DNA from: a virus
IMG/VR virus record: IMGVR_UViG_3300017783_003484
Coordinates: 1-5,309 of that record
Direction: 5' to 3' (one strand)
Length of the DNA stretch: 5,309 nucleotides
Part shown: positions 1 to 5,308 of the stretch, one piece after another
Position numbering within the stretch: position 1 is the first letter of the stretch
Layout: each line of letters opens with the position of its first letter
The notes under the pieces: generated by a model
What the model was told of the DNA's origin: nothing
Database searches by the model: none
The model's input: only the letters and a program-made list of their open reading frames with translations
Made by a program: the position numbers and the translations under genes

Positions 1-22
1 GCTTTCATTCGTGAACATTATA
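1..22. repeat. Terminal direct repeat, left copy (circular-assembly overlap)
   Basis: GCTTTCATTCGTGAACATTATA at 1-22 is identical to 5288-5309. Confidence 0.97.
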
Positions 23-429
23 CCATGCAAATGTATACGGTCCGTTTGCCCTCCTAGTTCTGTTACTATCCAATGTCTGCAACTTTTTTTATACTTCTTT
101 CGCCATCTTTCCAGAAATCGTCTAACTGCTTTAGTCGCTATTGCGTTACAATCCTCATAATAATTTTTTGGCTCTATCAACGCTTTCAATTCGCTTAGGC
201 TTTCATCAGAAAAGCTAAACGTTATAAATTTTCCGTTCGTGTTCTCTCTTATTTCTTCTGTCAACCTTACCTGCCATTCTCTAGACTTCTTTTTTCTACA
301 TTCCATGCAATTTCCGCAACCTACAGGAACTGCCAACACCCTTTTATCTTTTAACTCGGGTATTATCCCCTTGTTTTTCTTGTTTGCTGAGTACTTCGGA
401 TTCCTTATAAGTCGCGGATATAAACACAT
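1..429 (-). CDS. VP4: Replication initiator protein (VP4/Rep, HUH rolling-circle endonuclease), N-terminal 143 codons. The gene continues across the circular junction into 5287->4778.
   Basis: This is a hand translation of the minus strand from the ATG at 429-427; it is absent from the ORF track because it runs off the window edge. Sequence: MCLYPRLIRNPKYSANKKNKGIIPELKDKRVLAVPVGCGNCMECRKKKSREWQVRLTEEIRENTNGKFITFSFSDESLSELKALIEPKNYYEDCNAIATKAVRRFLERWRKKYKKSCRHWIVTELGGQTDRIHLHGIMFTNES. An in-frame stop lies upstream at 448-450. It shows the MCxxP start, a CGxCxxC cluster (298-318), RCR motif I FITFSF (211-228) and HUH motif HLH (25-33), all typical of Microviridae VP4. The frame is continuous with ORF 4778..5305 through the 22-nt terminal duplication. 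Confidence 0.93.
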   Translation of the reverse strand, partial: MCLYPRLIRNPKYSANKKNKGIIPELKDKRVLAVPVGCGNCMECRKKKSREWQVRLTEEIRENTNGKFITFSFSDESLSELKALIEPKNYYEDCNAIATKAVRRFLERWRKKYKKSCRHWIVTELGGQTDRIHLHGIMFTNES

Positions 430-430
430 A

Positions 431-1246
431 CTACATGAACACTTTAACTACCTTTCTTAATATCTCGCTAATCGGCATCCCTTCTGCTGCCATTGCTTTC
501 ATTATTTCTCTTACCAACGGGTCACTATCTGGGTCAATTTTCGCTTTTGCCAGTTCGGCTTTATAGGCTTTAACTTCGTTGTCTGACACTGTTCCTCTTG
601 TAACTGCTTCCTGTAATAATCGTGTAATACTCTTACTTTTACTTTCATCTACTAATCCTTTTACAAATATATTTTCTCCGTTTTCTTCTGTACTTCTAGC
701 TTCCATTTCTTTGTTCGCTAGGTCGGCTTCGTTTCGCAACGTGCTTCTGGTCGTGTTCGGTTTGAAGAGTTCCTTCTCAACTATATCGGCTCTTTTCTCT
801 CTTACATCCAACGTTTTCTCTTTAGTCTGTTCTCCTTTTAATGCTACATCTGCAACTGCTTGTATCATTTGAGTTATCAATCCTATTTCCATTACGCTAT
901 TCATCGGAGCTGGTGCTCCTCCACTAGCTGCACTACCCCCGCTTCCTGCACTTGTACTTCCACCGCTTCCTGCACCTCCATACATTAATGCTGGGTTTAA
1001 CCCTGCTTCTTTCATTAGCTTCATCTGTGCGGGATAGCTTGTCTCCTTCCATTGTTGCAATGCAAGCTCCTTGCCTTGTTCGTTCAGACTCTTTTGATTC
1101 TGAAACTGCATATTCATTAAGTCCTTCTGATTCTTTAGGGCCCTCTCTTCTCGTTTCTTATTACCTATCATTCCTAGTAATCCTCCTCCTGCTCCTGCCG
1201 CAGCTCCTGCTACTCCAGACCAATTAAACTTTGTTTTATTAATCAT
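431..1246 (-). CDS. VP2: DNA pilot / minor capsid protein (VP2-like, 271 aa)
   Basis: ORF from the track. It has a Gly/Ala-rich N-terminus, a Q/K/E-rich predicted coiled segment, and the AGLNPALMY motif (980-1006) followed by a Gly/Ser/Ala linker (905-979). I recognise this layout from gokushovirus and Alpavirinae VP2 pilot proteins. The TAG stop at 431-433 lies 1 nt from the Rep ATG (minus strand ATG TAG T ATG). Confidence 0.85.
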   Translation of the reverse strand: MINKTKFNWSGVAGAAAGAGGGLLGMIGNKKREERALKNQKDLMNMQFQNQKSLNEQGKELALQQWKETSYPAQMKLMKEAGLNPALMYGGAGSGGSTSAGSGGSAASGGAPAPMNSVMEIGLITQMIQAVADVALKGEQTKEKTLDVREKRADIVEKELFKPNTTRSTLRNEADLANKEMEARSTEENGENIFVKGLVDESKSKSITRLLQEAVTRGTVSDNEVKAYKAELAKAKIDPDSDPLVREIMKAMAAEGMPISEILRKVVKVFM

Positions 1247-1277
1247 TTTATTTATTTAAATGTTAAACTCCTTTTCG

Positions 1278-1301
1278 CGCTTGTTTACAAGCGATTTTTT
1301 T
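1278..1301. promoter_or_regulatory. Perfect hairpin CGCTTGT-TT-ACAAGCG followed on the plus strand by A+T7, in the VP3-like/VP2 spacer
   Basis: Read directly: 1278-1284 is the reverse complement of 1287-1293, which is effectively a 6-bp stem with a TTTA loop. A T7 run lies at 1295-1301. With that T-run it resembles an intrinsic terminator only on the non-coding plus strand. On the coding strand an A7 tract precedes the stem. Confidence 0.4.
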
Positions 1302-1318
1302 CGTACTTGATAATTAAA

Positions 1319-1380
1319 GCTACAAGCGTACCACTACTGTCTAATAAAGGGGGAATTACCCCCCTTTACTTCCTTGTAGC
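1319..1380. repeat. Nested inverted repeats: an outer 8-bp stem, GCTACAAG (1319-1326) with CTTGTAGC (1373-1380), enclosing a 9-bp G/C-rich hairpin
   Basis: Read directly. The outer arms are exact reverse complements. The inner stem TAAAGGGGG (1345-1353) pairs with CCCCCTTTA (1360-1368) around the loop AATTAC. The word TACAAGCG also occurs as a direct repeat at 1286-1293 and 1321-1328. Confidence 0.6.
1341..1368 (-). terminator. Candidate intrinsic terminator 14 nt downstream of the 116-aa ORF stop codon
   Basis: The minus strand reads TAAAGGGGG-GTAATT-CCCCCTTTA and then TTAG. This gives a G5:C5 core stem followed by a TTTATTAG tract, in an otherwise AT-rich genome. It sits between the capsid-gene block and VP2/Rep, where attenuation would make sense by analogy with the phiX174 terminators. 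It has not been tested. Confidence 0.4.
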
Positions 1381-1382
1381 GA

Positions 1383-1733
1383 CTAAGCTCTGCTTTTCTC
1401 TTTACCACCTCCATCTAATTTAGGTGTATCTATATCGGCTTTGCCAGTCTTCTCCTCCTTCCCTACTATCTTTAAATCTGCCTTATGTTCTCTTTTTGCT
1501 GCTACACTAGCTGCAACTTTATCCATTGCATCTGTTGCAATTTCCCATCTATCAGTTCTAATATTATACGCACTTATTACTCCATCCTTTCGTTCTGAAT
1601 ATATTTCAGGCGCACCATCTTTTATAGGTTCTCCGTTATGTACGATTCGAGCTATTTTCTGCTCTATTCGTTCTCCTTCAACCTTTTCTACACTTCTAAT
1701 TTTGCTCTTACTTGGCTTATCTACTATATACAT
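1383..1733 (-). CDS. 116-aa protein in the VP3 position, putatively a scaffolding or other small structural protein; function not established
   Basis: ORF from the track. Its ATG lies 3 nt after the VP1 stop (minus strand TAA GAC ATG). The segment GEPIKDGAPEIYSERKDGVISAYNIRTDRWEIATDAMD resembles a motif I recall in small proteins encoded next to VP1 in gut microviruses. It does not resemble the Chlamydia-phage type of VP3. The C-terminus is K/E/G-rich. Confidence 0.7.
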   Translation of the reverse strand: MYIVDKPSKSKIRSVEKVEGERIEQKIARIVHNGEPIKDGAPEIYSERKDGVISAYNIRTDRWEIATDAMDKVAASVAAKREHKADLKIVGKEEKTGKADIDTPKLDGGGKEKSRA

Positions 1734-1736
1734 GTC

Positions 1737-3716
1737 TTATAAATTTGGTATTACTTTTGCGCTCATTTTTCTACGTGCTGTATTTTTAACTCCTATCTGC
1801 ATCCAATAGTTTTGGGCATCTAAACTGGTCTGGGCAAATATAAAATTGAATTTACTCGGATCTATATACGTTGTTAAATCTTCTATTCCGCTCTCTCCAA
1901 TATCATATCTTCTGTTCAATGTCATAAACATATCTTGTTCTACTTCACTGAAACGTCCATATACCTTGTTAACTGCTGTCATATAGTTTATCCAGGCAGG
2001 CTGTTTCCCTGCTGAACTAAATACTACTGAATCACTATTATCAATCGTCGTATCTTGCCATGCCATCTGGTCCGTTATTAAATCTTGATATCCTATAGCA
2101 TCTAAAGCTGGCTTGTGCAAATCATCCATCGTTGCGAGGTTCATGTCCCAGTCATTACCCTGACTATAGTCAATCCTTGGCGTTATACTTGCTATCCCTA
2201 TTATATATGATGGCTCGTCGCATTTAACCTTAATCTTTCCTCCTTTTGTTTTATCGGTCATTGCTCCTCGTCCTGCGAGAGTTCCTAATGGCTGTGTATT
2301 TCCATCTATCTCACTATCTGAATTACTTATAACTTCCTCAAACGCTAGTTCTCTTATTAAGCTTCCCATATACATTGGGCTCTCAATACTCTTACTTCTT
2401 TCTTGGGTATATACTGCATCCAACCAATCATCATAAGATCCCCCGCTTATTGCAATCCTGTTCAGCATTGTATATACTTTCATCGCTAGGTTCAAACTGT
2501 CAATCGTGAATTCATCTCCTGCCGTGCTCACTGCTGTCACCTCATTTATTCCGTTCGTCCCATCTATCCATTCTGTGCTAATCCAGTTATTAAATAAATC
2601 ACTTTGGTACGTTTTAATCCCTAATCCTTCCATCGGAAAGCTTGCGCTCATTCTCGATACTCCATCTACTGTCGCGCTTTTTCCAAACGCTCCATATGGT
2701 AGGTCACTAGAGTTATTAATTAAGAATTGGCTTTCTATTGGTGTATGCTGCAATATGCTCAATCTCATATTATCTATCACATCCAAGTTAAACTCTTCCA
2801 ATACTGGTGTTACTCCTACATTTTTAGGTAATACAGTTTGTTGTTCTACCTCCCATCTTTGGCTCCCACTACCCGTTTGTCCTGTACATGTTAGGCTTGC
2901 TTCATCTTCGTTCCATACTATTGTCGGGAATATTAAATCAAACGTTCTTGGTGTCCCGTTCTCTAACATTTCTATTAGCGTAGCATCTGGCTCGCTGGCT
3001 CCTGAACCAAAGTATAATTTTACTCCTGCTCCTGTTATACTCGCATCAATCTCGTTATCTAATAGACTTCCAATAACTTGTCCAGTACTATCTATCTTAT
3101 AGGCTTGCCCTATTTCTTCTCCTACACTATCATCATCTGTATGTATGAAGAATCCTCTTTCTTCTTGTTTATTCGCGTAGTAGTTTTTGTATATATCCCA
3201 ATATGCTAATAATGGTACTGCGTTGAATAATCTTGTCGTGAAAACGTCATCTCCTGTCGGTCTTCCAATTCCGCTTATACCTAGGTACTTTAATAAACAA
3301 CTTCCTGCAATCTGTCTATTATTTTTCAATAGTTCTTCTACTGCTTCTCCGTTGTTTCTTGCTGTTACTGCTATCTGTGGTAACTTTACATTATCCATTT
3401 CCATCCCTATACCTAGCTCATTCATGTGCAACCTTGCGTTGTACAATCTTATCGGTACTTGAAATACATCTAACTGCACTTTCATACTTCCAAATAATGG
3501 TCCTACTGTTGGTAGTGTCTTTACGTCTGCAAATAAATCTATATCGAATGAATCTCCCGGAAGTCCCAGTACTTTCATGAATGGTACTAACGTTCCTACG
3601 GCCATACTACTTCTAAAAGCGTAGCTTAGATCGTGCGTGCTTCTATTGTAATGCTTTAGGCTTATATTCTGTTTATTCCCAGACCCTAATCGGTCTCCTC
3701 CTATTGTTGTTTTCAT
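1737..3716 (-). CDS. VP1: Major capsid protein (VP1, phiX F-like jelly-roll, 659 aa)
   Basis: This is the longest ORF. The N-terminus NRSTHDLSYAFRSSMAVGTLVPFMKVLGLPGDSFDIDL...FQVPIRLYN and the C-terminus ...NYWMQIGVKNTARRKMSAKVIPNL match the conserved ends of Microviridae VP1. The size fits the long-insertion Alpavirinae-like class rather than a typical gokushovirus VP1. Confidence 0.97.
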   Translation of the reverse strand: MKTTIGGDRLGSGNKQNISLKHYNRSTHDLSYAFRSSMAVGTLVPFMKVLGLPGDSFDIDLFADVKTLPTVGPLFGSMKVQLDVFQVPIRLYNARLHMNELGIGMEMDNVKLPQIAVTARNNGEAVEELLKNNRQIAGSCLLKYLGISGIGRPTGDDVFTTRLFNAVPLLAYWDIYKNYYANKQEERGFFIHTDDDSVGEEIGQAYKIDSTGQVIGSLLDNEIDASITGAGVKLYFGSGASEPDATLIEMLENGTPRTFDLIFPTIVWNEDEASLTCTGQTGSGSQRWEVEQQTVLPKNVGVTPVLEEFNLDVIDNMRLSILQHTPIESQFLINNSSDLPYGAFGKSATVDGVSRMSASFPMEGLGIKTYQSDLFNNWISTEWIDGTNGINEVTAVSTAGDEFTIDSLNLAMKVYTMLNRIAISGGSYDDWLDAVYTQERSKSIESPMYMGSLIRELAFEEVISNSDSEIDGNTQPLGTLAGRGAMTDKTKGGKIKVKCDEPSYIIGIASITPRIDYSQGNDWDMNLATMDDLHKPALDAIGYQDLITDQMAWQDTTIDNSDSVVFSSAGKQPAWINYMTAVNKVYGRFSEVEQDMFMTLNRRYDIGESGIEDLTTYIDPSKFNFIFAQTSLDAQNYWMQIGVKNTARRKMSAKVIPNL

Positions 3717-3964
3717 TTATCTGTTTTTAAACTATCGATTAATAATATGCATACCTGCACTATTCTGTTCCAATTAATGTTTGACAATTCGTCCAACACC
3801 TCTTGTTCTGTTTTTTTTACTTCCGTTATTCGGTATTTTCCCATACCTCCGAAAAACTCTTTTTTTTCAGTATCTCCAATAACAACAAAAGGACTGTCTT
3901 TGACGTCCTTCCTTGTTATCAGTTCTGTATTACTCGAAGAGTCTTGTTTGCCTATTTTGCTCAT
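3713..3964 (-). CDS. Hypothetical 83-aa protein immediately upstream of VP1
   Basis: ORF from the track. Its TGA stop overlaps the VP1 ATG (ATGA at 3713-3716), which suggests translational coupling. No recognisable domain and no TM segment. Confidence 0.65.
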   Translation of the reverse strand: MSKIGKQDSSSNTELITRKDVKDSPFVVIGDTEKKEFFGGMGKYRITEVKKTEQEVLDELSNINWNRIVQVCILLIDSLKTDK

Positions 3965-4133
3965 ATTCTAATGTATAAATTTTTAAATAATATTTTTCTT
4001 TATCTACTGTCTTATTGCTACTTCCAACCTTAACCCAGCGTTCTCTTTCAATCCTTGACTTACTCAATAACTCCCCAGTCTCAATATCGACATGTTCTGT
4101 CTGTGTGAAGAATCTTTTTTTACTCTCCCACAT
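3930..4133 (-). CDS. Hypothetical 67-aa protein
   Basis: ORF from the track, on the same strand as all real genes. It overlaps the previous ORF by 14 nt and the next by 35 nt. It is charged and slightly basic, with no recognisable domain. Confidence 0.55.
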   Translation of the reverse strand: MWESKKRFFTQTEHVDIETGELLSKSRIERERWVKVGSSNKTVDKEKYYLKIYTLEYEQNRQTRLFE

Positions 4134-4278
4134 AATCGTCTGGTTTGACGTCTTCCCCGCCTATTTTACCATCTCCGTCTAAATCGGTCTTTAACCATCT
4201 TTCCAACGCATCTAATAATAATGCGAATAATCTTTCTAGTGCTTTTACTAGAATCTTGTCTACTAATTTTTTCATCAT
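4120..4278 (-). CDS. Unannotated 52-aa ORF: amphipathic helix plus an EF-hand-type DxDxDG loop
   Basis: Hand translation gives MMKKLVDKILVKALERLFALLLDALERWLKTDLDGDGKIGGEDVKPDDYVGE, with stop TAA at 4120-4122. Its ATG at 4278-4276 overlaps the TGA of the 115-aa ORF (ATGA, 4275-4278). The segment DLDGDGKIGGEDV (4147-4185) fits every position of the canonical EF-hand calcium-loop pattern as I remember it. It fills what would otherwise be a 141-nt gap in a tightly packed genome. Confidence 0.55.
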   Translation of the reverse strand: MMKKLVDKILVKALERLFALLLDALERWLKTDLDGDGKIGGEDVKPDDYVGE

Positions 4279-4622
4279 AAATTTTTAATATTAATAATAT
4301 AATTCGTCCCGCTATCCAGCATATTATGTAACATATTAAGGCTGTCACCTCCCAATAAAATACATCCTTTACTTTGCTCGGGTTTATCTCCAAGATGAAA
4401 TTTAATCTCTGTACGCTTATTAACTCCATATAACTCCCATAAATATTTATCAAATTTTGGGCTATATTCATACTTAACTAAATAACATCCCTCTGGACAC
4501 AAATATAACAAATTTTCAATTGTATCAAAATCGAAAACTCCTCCTTTGGTTATCAATAACTTTCCTTTAACCTTGTTTCCTTCGCTACCGTTTAAATCTC
4601 TAATCAAAAATAATTTACTCAT
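4275..4622 (-). CDS. DUF5675-like protein with a YkuD-like His/Cys signature, putatively a peptidoglycan-acting enzyme (115 aa)
   Basis: ORF from the track. The pattern G.L...F.T.EN...CPEGCY(x6)SPKF(x6)ELYGVNKRTEIKFHLGD(x6)KGCILLG matches my memory of the DUF5675 consensus (IPxGxY...SP+F...V.gR..I.IH.GN....GCI..G), a family common in Bacteroidota and their phages. His76 (4395-4397) and Gly-Cys87 (Cys at 4362-4364) are spaced as in the L,D-transpeptidase-type H...(S/x)xGC motif. There is no signal peptide. Confidence 0.75.
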   Translation of the reverse strand: MSKLFLIRDLNGSEGNKVKGKLLITKGGVFDFDTIENLLYLCPEGCYLVKYEYSPKFDKYLWELYGVNKRTEIKFHLGDKPEQSKGCILLGGDSLNMLHNMLDSGTNYIINIKNL

Positions 4623-4698
4623 CTCTATAACATATTAAAATTACTACTCCAGTCATTATCGCAAAACCTATACTTACTACTAACGATACTATTATCAT
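4615..4698 (-). CDS. Unannotated 27-aa single-pass membrane peptide, a candidate holin-like or membrane-depolarising component
   Basis: Hand translation gives MIIVSLVVSIGFAIMTGVVILICYRDE. An in-frame stop lies two codons upstream, at 4702-4704. The peptide is an unbroken hydrophobic stretch of about 23 residues with a charged RDE tail. Its last codons and its TAA overlap the start of the 115-aa ORF by 8 nt (minus strand ATGAGTAA, 4615-4622). Confidence 0.5.
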   Translation of the reverse strand: MIIVSLVVSIGFAIMTGVVILICYRDE

Positions 4699-4777
4699 AA
4701 CTTACCAAACTTTTTCCTATCTTTTTGCTTATGGCTCTGCGTGGCAACGCAAATTTATTTTCCTTATTCCCCAAATT

Positions 4778-5308
4778 TTACCTAGCGCCTTCAGCGCTCA
4801 ATAGTTCTTCTCTGCTTTTCAGGTACTCTTCTATGGTCCAATCTTCTCTCGTTCCGTACCCGAATTTCTTATTTTTCTTTCTTGCTTCTTCTAGAAGAAT
4901 CATATAGTTCTCATTGCCTTTACTTACGTCTATCTTTTTACCATCTACCCACCTTACTTGTTCGTCCAGTTTTTCTAGCCATAATTTTTCTCTTTCATCA
5001 TCATTATATATATGATTTCTATAATACTTCGGCATCCCTAATTTTAGCCCTGTCCTCGTTCTGTACACCTCATTAGTTTTACTGGTCTTATACTTATTTC
5101 GCGCAGCATCTGGTCTTTTTAAATATCCACTCCCTATACCTGCTGAAGTCAATATCTTAGTTTTATAGCCCTTATGCTTTTCGTCGGTCTTATATATATA
5201 TTTTACTATATAATTTACAGTTTTTTCGTTTACGTAATCTCCTACATATACATGACCATACTTCCATATTTCGCTAATCGTTTCGGTGCTTTCATTCGTG
5301 AACATTAT
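4778..5308 (-). CDS. VP4: Replication initiator protein (VP4/Rep), C-terminal part. The unique portion is 4778-5287; 5288-5308 duplicates 1-21.
   Basis: This is track ORF 4778..5305. Its apparent start Met (5305-5303, the same bases as 18-16) is internal, because the frame stays open to the window end and continues from 1..429. It contains the catalytic di-tyrosine motif NYIVKYIYK (YxxxY, 5189-5212) downstream of the HUH motif. The joined protein is 312 aa. Confidence 0.93.
   Translation of the reverse strand: MMFTNESTETISEIWKYGHVYVGDYVNEKTVNYIVKYIYKTDEKHKGYKTKILTSAGIGSGYLKRPDAARNKYKTSKTNEVYRTRTGLKLGMPKYYRNHIYNDDEREKLWLEKLDEQVRWVDGKKIDVSKGNENYMILLEEARKKNKKFGYGTREDWTIEEYLKSREELLSAEGAR

Noticed and set aside
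1268-1273. AAGGAG on the coding strand as a Shine-Dalgarno site for VP2
   Set aside because: It lies 21 nt upstream of the ATG at 1246, which is too far for canonical function. No other gene in the genome has a comparable element.
3930-3964. Programmed frameshift fusing the 67-aa and 83-aa ORFs
   Set aside because: The 35-nt overlap (ATGAGCAAAATAGGCAAACAAGACTCTTCGAGTAA) contains no X-XXY-YYZ slippery heptamer and no obvious downstream structure. The 83-aa ORF has its own ATG.
4166-4471. The 101-aa minus-strand ORF overprinted on the 115-aa gene, with a TM-like segment VTALICYIICWIAGRIILLILKI and an Arg-rich tail. It is tempting as a phiX E-in-D style embedded lysis gene.
   Set aside because: It overlaps the motif-bearing 115-aa frame by 197 nt. 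It also competes with the 52-aa frame, which has an ATGA coupling signal and a clean motif. Its start has no coupling context, and I/L/R/K-rich products are expected from alternative frames of AT-rich sequence. It is not excluded: a synonymous-constraint scan of the 115-aa gene across relatives would settle it.
4784-4798. Hairpin AGCGC-CTTCA-GCGCT near the Rep stop, as a terminator
   Set aside because: The stem is only 5 bp. It lies inside the last Rep codons (SAEGAR) and has no following T-tract on the coding strand.
239-5076. All eleven plus-strand ORFs in the track: 239-460, 579-872, 952-1227, 1441-1809, 2506-3102, 3187-3462, 3359-3580, 3747-3971, 3803-4033, 4725-4907 and 4882-5076
   Set aside because: Each lies antisense to a well-supported minus-strand gene. 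The products are low-complexity Leu/Phe/Ser/Ile-rich strings with no motifs. The plus strand is pyrimidine-rich, so stop codons are rare there by composition alone. Microviridae are transcribed from one strand.
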